Below, piece after piece: positions 9,814 to 19,513 of a stretch of 64,000 nucleotides of DNA. Below the pieces are notes generated by a model. That model was not told where the DNA came from. It made no database searches and was given only the letters and a program-made list of their open reading frames with translations. This DNA is from an uncultured Spirochaetota bacterium. Its GTDB lineage: Bacteria; Spirochaetota; Brevinematia; Brevinematales; JAOACQ01. Each line of letters starts with the position of its first letter. Positions within the stretch are counted from its first letter, which is position 1. The translations under genes and the position numbers were made by a program. The DNA is taken from positions 32,001-96,000 of the forward strand of contig CAWIGG010000006.1 of NCBI GenBank assembly GCA_963835575.1, written 5' to 3'.

Positions 9814-11409
9814 CTAATCGCCGGAAAAATAGGGAGTGGAAGCGATCATTCTCCTGATAATATTGGCGAAAACCGGAGCGGCAACCAGTCCTCCGGTATG
9901 TTTAATGCCATGCGGCTTATGGATGATGACAACAAAAGTATATTTCGGGGCAGAAGACGGTACATACCCGACAAAAACGGCATTGAAAAGATCTTTATAG
10001 TAACCGTTCCCGCTTTCCTTTGCGATCTGGCCCGTTCCTGTTTTACCGGCTATTGTTATGCCTTCAATTTTCGCGCTGATGGCGGTCCCGTTTTCACTGA
10101 CAACTTTTTCCATCATTTTCAAAAGAGCCCTGCTGTTCTCAGGCGAAATAACAGGATACTCTTTATAACCGGGCTTGTAAACATTTCTGCCTTTTTCATC
10201 AATAATACTGCTGATGAGAACCGGGGTTTTATAATTTCCGTCGCTAGCGATAACACTTGAGGCGGCAGCCAGCTGAACTGCCGTAACGCCTATTTCCTGG
10301 CCGATAGAGATCATATATTTCGATAATATTGACCATTTACCAGTATTCCTCAAGATACCGCTGGAATTTTCATTCAAAGGAAGAGAGACAGGATCGCCGA
10401 ACCCGAATTCCTTAAGAAATTGATAATATTCATTTTTTTTAAACCGGTCAGCCACCTGGACCATTCCCACATTGCAGGATTTTTGTATAATTGTGGACAG
10501 ATCCACCTGACCATGAGGTTCGGAACATGTAAAATCATGGTCTTGAACAGACGCGGTGCCGCTGCAATCATAAACCGGATAGAAAGGCGAATTGTATTTT
10601 TTTTCCAGGGCGAAAGCCGCGCTGAATTGCTTCATGACCGAACCGGGCTCAAAAATACTGGAAGTCGCCCTCAGCCGCATGTTATAAACGCTCATGCTTT
10701 TTAAATCATTCGGGTCAAATGTGGGGAAATCCACGAAGGCCAATATTTCCCTTGAGGCATTGTCCATTATAACAACACTGCCGTATTCCGCCTGATTTTC
10801 TATAATGCCCTTTTTGAGTTCTTCATAGGCTATTAAAGAAAGATCCCTGTCCAGTGTTGTATAGATTGAATTTCCCTGTTCCAGATAAGTATTCATGGAA
10901 AGTTCAAGCCCTGTAAGACCTTTATTATCCATTCCGACAATGCCGACAGTATGGGCGGCCGCGGATGAAGTGTAAAAACGGCCCTGTTCTGGTATAATTC
11001 CCAGTTCGTCTTTTAAAATGATATTGCTCTTTTTTAATACTGAAATCATATCTTTTACAGGTTCGATTTCGGTCAGGGACATTTTTCTTCTGATCCAGAT
11101 AAAATTTCTGTCGCTGAATATTCCGGATAATTCATTGGTCTGGAAATGTCTCTGGGAAAGAAGGGAATAATAGGCCTTCTTCATGTCTTCGCTGATGGAT
11201 TTAGGTCTGATATAAAAAGAATAGAATGTTGATGAGATGGCCAGTTCTTTTTGATTCCTGTCAAAAATCGAGCCTCTTATCGTTTCCGGAAAGGAAATGC
11301 TTTTTAAACGGGGGTCAGGGAATAATGAAATGACTATAATCCTGATCTGCAGAAGAACAAAAAAGAGTATAAAGATAAAAAAAACGATACCTATTCTTTC
11401 ACGCCGCAT
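9814..11409 (-). CDS. Class B penicillin-binding protein (FtsI/PBP2-like)
   Basis: N-terminal TM, RGSIFDRN, EPGSVMK (SxxK), SCN (SxN), KTGT. Confidence 0.92.
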   Translation of the reverse strand: MRRERIGIVFFIFILFFVLLQIRIIVISLFPDPRLKSISFPETIRGSIFDRNQKELAISSTFYSFYIRPKSISEDMKKAYYSLLSQRHFQTNELSGIFSDRNFIWIRRKMSLTEIEPVKDMISVLKKSNIILKDELGIIPEQGRFYTSSAAAHTVGIVGMDNKGLTGLELSMNTYLEQGNSIYTTLDRDLSLIAYEELKKGIIENQAEYGSVVIMDNASREILAFVDFPTFDPNDLKSMSVYNMRLRATSSIFEPGSVMKQFSAAFALEKKYNSPFYPVYDCSGTASVQDHDFTCSEPHGQVDLSTIIQKSCNVGMVQVADRFKKNEYYQFLKEFGFGDPVSLPLNENSSGILRNTGKWSILSKYMISIGQEIGVTAVQLAAASSVIASDGNYKTPVLISSIIDEKGRNVYKPGYKEYPVISPENSRALLKMMEKVVSENGTAISAKIEGITIAGKTGTGQIAKESGNGYYKDLFNAVFVGYVPSSAPKYTFVVIIHKPHGIKHTGGLVAAPVFANIIRRMIASTPYFSGD

Positions 11410-11621
11410 AAATGAATTCCTTTCATACTAAACCGGGAAATTTATTTTATCTTTTCCCAAAATGAATTTACCAGCTACTTGTAAGCTTATGCAAAAATAT
11501 CGCTTAATTCAGGCACAAGTAGATTATACAAAATATTGATTGAAATTGCTATTTTTATCGTTTTTTTCTATACTTTCTCAATATGTAGGGCCTTTATTCC
11601 GAAAAAAATAAAGGTGTTCCG

Positions 11622-11674
11622 TCCCTCACCATTTTGTCAGGCTGCACCGGTGAAGCTAACAAAATGGTGAGGGA
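11622..11674. repeat. Palindromic repeat family B, copy 1
   Basis: TCCCTCACCATTTTG...CAAAATGGTGAGGGA; near-identical copy including the loop at 14457-14513. Confidence 0.85.
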
Positions 11675-11700
11675 TTGAAACGCCCGGAATAATATATTCA

Positions 11701-11760
11701 GGGCAGTTCCAAAAACTCAAAATCAATCAGATATTTCCAACATAGGTTTTGGAACTGCCC
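11701..11760. repeat. Palindromic repeat family C (MITE-like), copy 1
   Basis: GGGCAGTTCCAAAA...TTTTGGAACTGCCC; homologous copy at 48296-48354; shorter variant at 11870-11903. Confidence 0.85.
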
Positions 11761-11969
11761 CGGTTATAGAATCTCTTGTAAATTTAATTGGCGCTACCGT
11801 ATAGAGTTCGCTGGTTGATGATCTTTTCAGACAGCGAACTCGGGCGGTAGCATGAACTCATATAATAGCGGCAGTTCTAAATATTTGAGTTTTTAGAACT
11901 GCCCTTAATTATTTTTAAATATTTTGGCGGTTTTTAGAACTGTCTATAATTAAATCCGGGGGATTGGAT

Positions 11970-13376
11970 ATGTCGGCTTTTATCAGCCTTCTTTTATTTT
12001 TTGTATATAAAGCCGGAGTTGTTATTCTATCTTACACAGCTCTGACTTATTTTAATATGCGCTTTGATCTGATCACATTTTATTTTTATTTATTCCTGTC
12101 TTTCTTCCAATTTTTATTTATTTTTATTCAAACGTTATCAAAAGGAAGTAAAAAGAAAAGGGCGGCCGGAACCGCCCAGACCAGCGCCATTTTCCAGTAT
12201 ACAACCGTTATCTGTTTACTGATGGAAATAGTCATTCTGGGGATGATTATTTATTACCTGAATATACAGGGAAATGATCTGTATAATCTGTTTATGATCC
12301 TGACAACGCTGACGCCTCTTCATACGATCTTTTATTATCTGCATTCCATTCTATTCGGGTTTATCATTAAAAAAAGGAACGTCAGGATCAAAAGTGTCGG
12401 CACTTTTCCGCTGATGCTGTTTATCCTGATATCATTCGGGGAACCTATCGCCTATATTGTGATGAAATATTTTATAAAAGTAAAAGTGAATTTTCTGAGT
12501 ATTCTGTCCTTTAACACTAATGTCACTGTAAACAAACTCGATTTTCTGTTTTTTACTTTTATTATGCTTGTCAACGGACTGGTTGTTTTCCTTTTATTTT
12601 TCTATAAAAAAATTAAAGCGAAAAAAGTTTACCGCCTTCTTGCAAACTATTCCCTGCTTTCCGGTCCCGGAAAAATCATTGTGGATGAGCCGAATGAATG
12701 CGGTTATATTGAAACCGGCCTGATAGAGTTTTCAGAAAAGCTGGCCAAGGAAAAGGGGAATATCACGCTTCTCAATGATTATATTTCCATGAATATCAGA
12801 AGCGAAATAGCGAAGTTCGGTTTAAAGCAGGAAGGAGAAGAAAAAACAGCCGCGGTTGCCACGATAAAATTTCATCTCAGCCAGCGGGACATAACGCCCG
12901 AGCATTATATTAAAATGATGAATACTATCGTAACTGTGATCGGGGAATACGCGGATGAGTATGAGGCTTACCCGTTTTTCCAGCTGAACAAAGCTGTTGT
13001 TGTTTACGGCGTTCCCTATTATTATGAGCATGAGAAATATAACGCCATAGAAGCGACCCAGAAAACAATAGGCGATATTGAGAAGCTGATAGAAGGCGAG
13101 GGCGGTGAAATTTCGCTTAATGCCGGCATATACAGCGGCAGCGTTATTGTCGGGGCTTACAACACAAAAGGCAGGGACCTCAGGGAATATGGAGTGGCGG
13201 GGAGCGGCATAGAGCTTTCCGAAAAAATAGCCCTTGCGGCCGAAAACATCGGCGTAAAACTGCTTGTGAATGACAGTATGGTCGAGAATTTAAAGAATAA
13301 ATTCTATCCTGAAAGAACGTTTAAAATCAAAATGAAAAATGGGGAAGAAATAGTTGTTTCGCAGTTAAAGATTTGA
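11970..13376 (+). CDS. Multi-TM protein with degenerate class III nucleotidyl cyclase domain
   Basis: About 6 TM segments, then cyclase-like C-terminus (NAGIYSGSVIVG...REYGVAG) lacking catalytic residues. Confidence 0.7.
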   Translation: MSAFISLLLFFVYKAGVVILSYTALTYFNMRFDLITFYFYLFLSFFQFLFIFIQTLSKGSKKKRAAGTAQTSAIFQYTTVICLLMEIVILGMIIYYLNIQGNDLYNLFMILTTLTPLHTIFYYLHSILFGFIIKKRNVRIKSVGTFPLMLFILISFGEPIAYIVMKYFIKVKVNFLSILSFNTNVTVNKLDFLFFTFIMLVNGLVVFLLFFYKKIKAKKVYRLLANYSLLSGPGKIIVDEPNECGYIETGLIEFSEKLAKEKGNITLLNDYISMNIRSEIAKFGLKQEGEEKTAAVATIKFHLSQRDITPEHYIKMMNTIVTVIGEYADEYEAYPFFQLNKAVVVYGVPYYYEHEKYNAIEATQKTIGDIEKLIEGEGGEISLNAGIYSGSVIVGAYNTKGRDLREYGVAGSGIELSEKIALAAENIGVKLLVNDSMVENLKNKFYPERTFKIKMKNGEEIVVSQLKI

Positions 13377-13395
13377 TTATAAACAAGAATGAAGC

Positions 13396-14256
13396 CTAAT
13401 CGGCAGTATTAAAAATCCCGTCAAAAACCATTTGAGCGCTTCCGTTCAAATAAACAGAGCCGTTTTCCGGCCATTCGATTGTGAGATCCCCGCCCGGCAA
13501 GTGAACAAGCACTTTACGCCCGGTCTGTGAGTTTAATACGCATGATACAACGCTTGCGCAGGCGCCTGTCCCGCAGGCGAGAGTCTCGCCGCTGCCGCGC
13601 TCCCATACCCGCATTTTAATTTCACCGGGAGAAACGAGCTGAATAAATTCGACATTGGTCCTTCCGGGAAAAACATCAAGCCTGTTTTCGACCACTTTGC
13701 CGTATTTTTCCACCTCGAAATGGCCCACGTCATCTATGACGGTCACAGCATGAGGGTTTCCCATCGACACAAGTGTAAAGAGAAACTTTCGGTCCAGAAT
13801 TGTCAAATCTATCTGTGAATAGCCTTTTTTGTTCAACTCCGCTGCTGCCGGGATATGCTTAGGTTCGAGGACCGGTTTTCCCATGTCGACCTGAATATTT
13901 CCTATTGCCCCGTCGGTGTTTTGAGCTATGGTAATATGCCGTATCCCGCAGAGAGTTTCTATATCAAGATCAAGTTTTTTTGACAGGCCTTTTTTAAAAG
14001 CAAACAGGGCAAGCTGGCGGATCCCGTTTCCGCACATTTCAGCCTCGCTTCCGTCAGCGTTGAACATGCGCATTTTCAAATCGGCTTTCTCAGAAGGCGC
14101 GGCCAGAATAATCCCATCGCCGCCGATACCAAAATGCCTGTCACTCATTATTTTTGAAAGCCGGGGGGCATTTTCAATCAACCCGGGGTTTTTAAAAGCG
14201 TCCATTAATATATAATCGTTGCCTGCCGCCTGCATTTTTGTAAATTCTATCCGCAT
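13396..14256 (-). CDS. dapF: Diaminopimelate epimerase
   Basis: KMQAAGNDY, EMCGNG, MGNPH, ERGSGETLACGTG. Confidence 0.97.
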   Translation of the reverse strand: MRIEFTKMQAAGNDYILMDAFKNPGLIENAPRLSKIMSDRHFGIGGDGIILAAPSEKADLKMRMFNADGSEAEMCGNGIRQLALFAFKKGLSKKLDLDIETLCGIRHITIAQNTDGAIGNIQVDMGKPVLEPKHIPAAAELNKKGYSQIDLTILDRKFLFTLVSMGNPHAVTVIDDVGHFEVEKYGKVVENRLDVFPGRTNVEFIQLVSPGEIKMRVWERGSGETLACGTGACASVVSCVLNSQTGRKVLVHLPGGDLTIEWPENGSVYLNGSAQMVFDGIFNTAD

Positions 14257-14456
14257 AGTGGCTCCTCTTAATTTTCAAATTGGTATCGCATCTCCGGCAG
14301 ATGTTTTCAGAACAGATATTTTATACCTCATAGCCGGATATTACAAGCGTTTGAGGGAATCCTCTGATAAACCGGATCAGGAGAGGGCTTTCCTTTAAAC
14401 AGCTGACGGTAAAGAATAGAAAAGCCGCTTAATATTTCTTTATTTCCAAAAAAAAA

Positions 14457-14513
14457 CGCCCCTCACCATTTTGTCAGGCAGCACCGGTGAAGCCTGCAAA
14501 ATGGTGAGGGACG
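14457..14513. repeat. Palindromic repeat family B, copy 2
   Basis: CCCTCACCATTTTGTCAGGCAGCACCGGTGAAGCCTGCAAAATGGTGAGGG, homologous to 11622-11674. Confidence 0.85.
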
Positions 14514-14532
14514 CCATCTTATTCTTTATTTA

Positions 14533-14982
14533 TCAGCCGTTTTGAAGCACTTCGGTGACAATATTTTTAACCTGGCTTCCTTCAGCCCTTCCCTTGACAC
14601 GGGCCATGACTTCTTTCATGACTTTACCCATATCGGAAGGAGAGGCGGCTCCAAGCTCCTCTTTGACCTCCAGAGTTATTTTCATGACTTCTTTGTCTGA
14701 AAGCATGGGCGGGAGCAGGGAGGAAAGGAATTCGATTTCCTTTTTTTCTTTGTCGGATAAATCGGTGCGTTCCGCCTTTACAAATTCCAGTAAAACATCT
14801 TTCTTCTGTTTGATTGTCTTTTGAATAAAGGCCAGTACGTCTCCGTCTTCCAGTTCTTTCTTTTTATTGAGCACTTCGTATTTTAGCTCGGAAACAAGCA
14901 TGCTCAGAACATTAGTCAGAAACTTGTCCTGCTTTTTACGCGCATCAATATACTGCCTCTGAATATCTTCAAACATTCCCAT
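14533..14982 (-). CDS. GatB/YqeY domain protein
   Basis: DMGKVM...GRAEG motif; position downstream of rpsU. Confidence 0.9.
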   Translation of the reverse strand: MGMFEDIQRQYIDARKKQDKFLTNVLSMLVSELKYEVLNKKKELEDGDVLAFIQKTIKQKKDVLLEFVKAERTDLSDKEKKEIEFLSSLLPPMLSDKEVMKITLEVKEELGAASPSDMGKVMKEVMARVKGRAEGSQVKNIVTEVLQNG

Positions 14983-14996
14983 ATAAATGTTCTCTA

Positions 14997-15209
14997 TTAA
15001 ATATAACGGCTCATCTGCCGCATTTTTCTGATTTTCTTCTCGATCTTCCTCTGAACGGTTGAGATCTTTTTCTTTCTTGATTCAGACGGTTTTTCATAAA
15101 AACGGTGCTTTTTTTCTTCTGTCAGGATACCGTCTTTTTCAACTTCCTTTTTGAACCTTTTTAAAGCGGAATCAACCGATTCATTGTCTCGTACGTCAAC
15201 TTGAAGCAT
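14997..15209 (-). CDS. rpsU: 30S ribosomal protein S21
   Basis: ALKRFKK...G.L.E...FYEKPS. Confidence 0.93.
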   Translation of the reverse strand: MLQVDVRDNESVDSALKRFKKEVEKDGILTEEKKHRFYEKPSESRKKKISTVQRKIEKKIRKMRQMSRYI

Positions 15210-15251
15210 TCTTATCACCTCTTTAATTAAAATTACCTATTACTTCCGGAC

Positions 15252-15590
15252 CTATCCGGGGGGCCATCCGAAAACCCTTCCGCCCATAAGATGAAAATGA
15301 ATATGAAAAACGGACTGCATCGCGTTTCTATTGCAGTTTGCTGTAACCCTGTAGCCGCTTTGATCAATATTCAGTTCTTTCGCCAGCTTCTGGACAGCCT
15401 GAAAGATATCTCCATAAATTGAAAAATCGCTCACATCATTGAGCGTATTTAAATGTTCTTTCGGAATTATTACAATATGGACCGGCGCCTGAGGATTAAC
15501 GTCTTTAAAAGCCACAACCTTATCATTTTCCAGGACAATATTAGCGGGAATCTCCTTCTTCGCTATCTTGCAAAATATGCAATCTGTCAT
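15252..15590 (-). CDS. Histidine triad (HIT) nucleotide-binding protein
   Basis: DCIFCKI, PQAPVH, HIHFHLMGGR..GWPPG. Confidence 0.95.
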   Translation of the reverse strand: MTDCIFCKIAKKEIPANIVLENDKVVAFKDVNPQAPVHIVIIPKEHLNTLNDVSDFSIYGDIFQAVQKLAKELNIDQSGYRVTANCNRNAMQSVFHIHFHLMGGRVFGWPPG

Positions 15591-15786
15591 AGCCGCCCTT
15601 CCTTAACTCCGGCTGTATATTATAATGAGAGAAAGAATTATTTGCAAAAAATAAATGTATAAAAATTCTTGACATATCTAAAATAAAGATTAATATTATT
15701 GTACAAAAATTGAGTTGTTGGTTTTACAGCGGGGAGAAACGGCTGTAACGGCTGGTTTTGCCTCAAGTAAACTGAGGAGCAGCGAT

Positions 15787-16185
15787 ATGTATATGAAGGA
15801 CATGATGGGGAATTCCATATCGGATGATGCGGAATTTGATGATTTAGATGATTTTGATTATGTCGATCAATTTATCTCCAAGGACGAGGAAGGCGATGAT
15901 GCGTCAGACCTGAGCGAGGATTTTGACGATCTGGATGACCTTTATGTCGATGAAAGCGAGGACCAGGATGAATTGGGCGAAATGAATGATGATTTTGTGG
16001 ATGATGAGGAAAATACGATTGATGATGATGTAAACGATATGGATGAGGAACTGGAAGCTCGTTTTATCTGTGAGGATTGCGGTCATAAATGGCTTGATTA
16101 TGTGACAGAAACAGATGAGGAAAATGATCTTCTGGAAGTCAGCTGTCCCCTCTGCGGTTCTCAAAACGTTTCCATGGAAAGATAA
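15787..16185 (+). CDS. Highly acidic protein with C-terminal zinc ribbon
   Basis: Long D/E-rich N-terminus, then CEDC...CPLCG; GAGGAG RBS before ATG 15787. Confidence 0.75.
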   Translation: MYMKDMMGNSISDDAEFDDLDDFDYVDQFISKDEEGDDASDLSEDFDDLDDLYVDESEDQDELGEMNDDFVDDEENTIDDDVNDMDEELEARFICEDCGHKWLDYVTETDEENDLLEVSCPLCGSQNVSMER

Positions 16186-16230
16186 TCAAAATAATTATAA
16201 TTTCACTTAATAAAAAACAGGTAATAAAAA

Positions 16231-16563
16231 ATGGAAATACTGGTGAGGAAAATCGTCTTATTTATTAGAAATTTGATTTATAAAATGAAAGTATCGATTT
16301 TATTTGAGTTTAAAGTAAAGCCGAAAATCATTGAAATGAAAAACTTTGTCCGCCGGATTGTCAGCAGCCGCAGCGAATACTTCCCGATCGGTAAAAGCCT
16401 TTTTATCTTTGACGGCAAGGATGACACGATTTATTTTATTATTTATAAGGAATCTCTTGCCATTTCCGTTATGGAAGTTTATGACGAGATCTTAAACCGT
16501 ATTCCAGACCGGTATCAAATCCTGCCTAAAGTTAGATTTAATGATCTTCTTGTCAGCGCATAA
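16231..16563 (+). CDS. Hypothetical protein
   Basis: 110-aa ORF in operon-like position. Confidence 0.6.
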   Translation: MEILVRKIVLFIRNLIYKMKVSILFEFKVKPKIIEMKNFVRRIVSSRSEYFPIGKSLFIFDGKDDTIYFIIYKESLAISVMEVYDEILNRIPDRYQILPKVRFNDLLVSA

Positions 16564-16597
16564 GTCAAGACGCATTTCAGGGTGTTGAGTTTCAAGA

Positions 16598-17293
16598 ATG
16601 AATAAAACATTATTCTTTTTTATCTTGTTAATTATTGTGTCCTGCGGCCAAAACTTAAAACATGTTAAAAGCAATGGTCCCGTGAAAAAACAGGAAACAA
16701 TCACTCCCGCTGTCATAAAACCGGAAAACGCGGAAAGTCAAAACAATATTACAAAAACCAGAAATTCCATTATCAATCAAAATAAAGAAAAATGTAAAAT
16801 ACTTGTTGTGAATAATCATATTGACCGTTTCTCCGGCAAAGAGCTGGCTTTATCCGTTGAAAAATCAAATCATTCCGAATTATCGACAAATAATGCGGGT
16901 GAAGAATTCACGCTTTATTATTACCGGCAGATAACCTCAGTATACAGCGGGACAAAAGTATATGAACGGATTACAAATATCACAAAAACGCTTTATGAGA
17001 TCACAAACGGTGATTTAGAGCTTATGTATGTGTTTAAAAATGTCAGGATCGAAAATTATATTAACAAAGCCGATTCCGGATTATCTGTATTTAAATATGA
17101 ATGCCTGAGATATTTTCCCGATATTTCAGAAACAGAAATGAATAAACAATTCAATAAATACCGCGGTTTTATTAAAAATAAATTTGGCAATTTAATATAT
17201 ATGATTGATGTCATCGCTCCCGATTATTATTCAATCTATATTTATTATCCGCCCCGGGATAAATTACTGCTGATTAATGCCTATATTGATTGA
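16598..17293 (+). CDS. Hypothetical lipoprotein
   Basis: Lipoprotein signal ...LLIIVSC. Confidence 0.7.
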   Translation: MNKTLFFFILLIIVSCGQNLKHVKSNGPVKKQETITPAVIKPENAESQNNITKTRNSIINQNKEKCKILVVNNHIDRFSGKELALSVEKSNHSELSTNNAGEEFTLYYYRQITSVYSGTKVYERITNITKTLYEITNGDLELMYVFKNVRIENYINKADSGLSVFKYECLRYFPDISETEMNKQFNKYRGFIKNKFGNLIYMIDVIAPDYYSIYIYYPPRDKLLLINAYID

Positions 17294-17419
17294 AGTCAAA
17301 CGGACAAGACTTTTAAGAGATTTGAAGGTTATTCAGTCTGTAGATATAATATTGTTCAATTTTTTTACTGATTGACAGAATTTGTAAAAAAAGATTCGGG
17401 ATAAGGAGGATTTGGAAAA

Positions 17420-18172
17420 ATGGCTGATCTGGGAATTAAAGACAGGGTTGCCGTGATTACTGGAGCGGCGCGGGGAATAGGAAAGGCAATTGCCATGAAG
17501 CTGGCGGAGGAAAAAGCGAAGATAGTAATTACGGACATCAATGAGGAGATGGCGAATGCCGCCGCTGCAGAAATAGCCGGCCTGTATTCTGTTGAAACTT
17601 TTTCAATAAAGCATGATGTTTCTTCAGAGGAATCCACAAAAGAAGCGATGGACAGCACCGTCAAGAGGTTTTCAAGAATTGATATCCTTATTAATAACGC
17701 CGGCATAACAAAAGATGCGCGGTTGATGATGATGCCTAAATCATTCTGGGATCTTGTTATTTCTATTAATCTGACAGGCGCGTTTAACTGTACAAAGTAT
17801 GCCTCAAAACAGATGCTTAAACAGAATAGCGGCAGTATTGTCAATATTGCCAGCGTTGTCGGGCTGATGGGAAATATAGGACAGGCGAACTATTCTGCAT
17901 CCAAGGCCGGTTTGATCGGTCTCACTAAAACAGCGGCAAAAGAACTGGCGGTCCGCGGCATCAATGTCAATGCGGTTGCCCCAGGCTATATCCGCTCCGA
18001 TATGACGGAACTTCTTTCAGAGGAAGTGACGAAAAAAATGATGGAAACCATCCCCATGAGCGATTACGGAAAGCCTGAAGACGTCGCCGATGCGGTTTTA
18101 TTTTTAGTTTCTAATAAAGCAAGGTATATTACAGGCCAGGTCTTAAATGTTGACGGCGGGATGGTAATGTGA
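17420..18172 (+). CDS. fabG: 3-oxoacyl-ACP reductase
   Basis: TGAARGIG, NNAGITKD, GQANYSASK, VDGGM. Confidence 0.93.
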   Translation: MADLGIKDRVAVITGAARGIGKAIAMKLAEEKAKIVITDINEEMANAAAAEIAGLYSVETFSIKHDVSSEESTKEAMDSTVKRFSRIDILINNAGITKDARLMMMPKSFWDLVISINLTGAFNCTKYASKQMLKQNSGSIVNIASVVGLMGNIGQANYSASKAGLIGLTKTAAKELAVRGINVNAVAPGYIRSDMTELLSEEVTKKMMETIPMSDYGKPEDVADAVLFLVSNKARYITGQVLNVDGGMVM

Positions 18173-18230
18173 GTAAAGGTATGCCGAAAGGTATATTTTA
18201 GGGAACGGTTATTCAGTTAAGGGAGGTGTA

Positions 18231-19385
18231 ATGGCTCAAGTTGCTTTAGTCAAATGCGGATCGTATGAATATAAAGAAGTTAAAGATGCTGTTTTAAAGG
18301 GCATCAATTTATTGGGAGGAATAAACCGTTTTGCGGTAAAAGGAGAGAAAATACTCCTCAAGCCCAATTTATTAGTAGGCGATCTGCCGGAAAAATGTGT
18401 CAATACTCATCCCTCTGTGTTTAAAGCTGTTGCGGAATTATTTATTTCAACCGGAGCGGTGGTAAGCTACGGCGATTCGCCGTCTTTCGGCAGCGCTTAT
18501 GCCGCGGCCAAAAAAGCCGGGCTTACGGCCGCCGCCGATGAATTAAATGTAAAAATTACCGAGTTTGACGACGGTAGAGAAGTTTTTTTTGAAGAAGGCA
18601 TTCAAAATAAGAAGTTTGTCATAGCAAAGGCTGTTCTGGAAAGCGACGGAATTATCAGCCTGCCGAAATTAAAGACTCATGCGCTTGAGAAATTCACCGG
18701 CTGTGTGAAAAACCAGTTCGGATGCATACCCGGATTATTAAAACCGGAATTTCATGTTAAACTGCCGGATGCTTATGCTTTTGCCAGAATGCTTGTCGAT
18801 GTGGACCGCTGTGTCAAACCCCGTCTCTATATTATGGATGGAATCATGGCTATGGAGGGAAACGGTCCCCGCGGAGGGAATCCAATAAAAATGAATGTGC
18901 TCTTGTTTTCAAAAGATCCGATTGCGCTTGATGCGACAGTCTGCAGGCTTATTCAAATTGACCCGGAATTTGTGCCGACTGTCAAGTTTGGTCAGGAAGC
19001 CGGACATGGAACATATATGGAAGAAAATATTGAAATTCTGGGCGACAAACTTGATGATTTCAGGATCAAGGATTTTAAAATTGACAGATTAAAAATTGAG
19101 CCGTACAAACCCGGGGGTGTTAGAAAATTCGCGCTCAATCTCCTGGTGTCCAAACCGGTTATTCATAATAAAAAATGCATCAAATGCGGTATGTGCGTCA
19201 ATATCTGTCCCGCCAGGCCAAAAGCTGTAAACTGGCACAAAAATAATAAAGCTGTACCGCCGGTTTATCATTACTCTAACTGTATCCGGTGTTATTGCTG
19301 TCAGGAAATATGCCCGGAAAAAGCAATCAGCCTGCATATGCCATTACTGCGCAGGATATTTTCAAACAAAAAAGGCAGGCGATGA
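18231..19385 (+). CDS. DUF362 protein with C-terminal 2x[4Fe-4S] ferredoxin
   Basis: LLKPN, LPKLKTH, EGNGP; two CxxCxxCxxxCP motifs. Confidence 0.9.
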   Translation: MAQVALVKCGSYEYKEVKDAVLKGINLLGGINRFAVKGEKILLKPNLLVGDLPEKCVNTHPSVFKAVAELFISTGAVVSYGDSPSFGSAYAAAKKAGLTAAADELNVKITEFDDGREVFFEEGIQNKKFVIAKAVLESDGIISLPKLKTHALEKFTGCVKNQFGCIPGLLKPEFHVKLPDAYAFARMLVDVDRCVKPRLYIMDGIMAMEGNGPRGGNPIKMNVLLFSKDPIALDATVCRLIQIDPEFVPTVKFGQEAGHGTYMEENIEILGDKLDDFRIKDFKIDRLKIEPYKPGGVRKFALNLLVSKPVIHNKKCIKCGMCVNICPARPKAVNWHKNNKAVPPVYHYSNCIRCYCCQEICPEKAISLHMPLLRRIFSNKKGRR

Positions 19386-19513
19386 TAATACTTTAAATAA
19401 AAGCAAAGCATATAACAAAATCCCGCCCCATTCAGAGAATAGATATGAATATTCCCTGTAAGGGGCGGGATTTGTATTTTTTATATGGGTTTTAGTACCG
19501 CACTATTCTGGTT

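Noticed and set aside
14257..14450. Lysine riboswitch upstream of dapF
   Set aside because: An imperfect hairpin exists, but the conserved AGAGGUGC-type core is absent.
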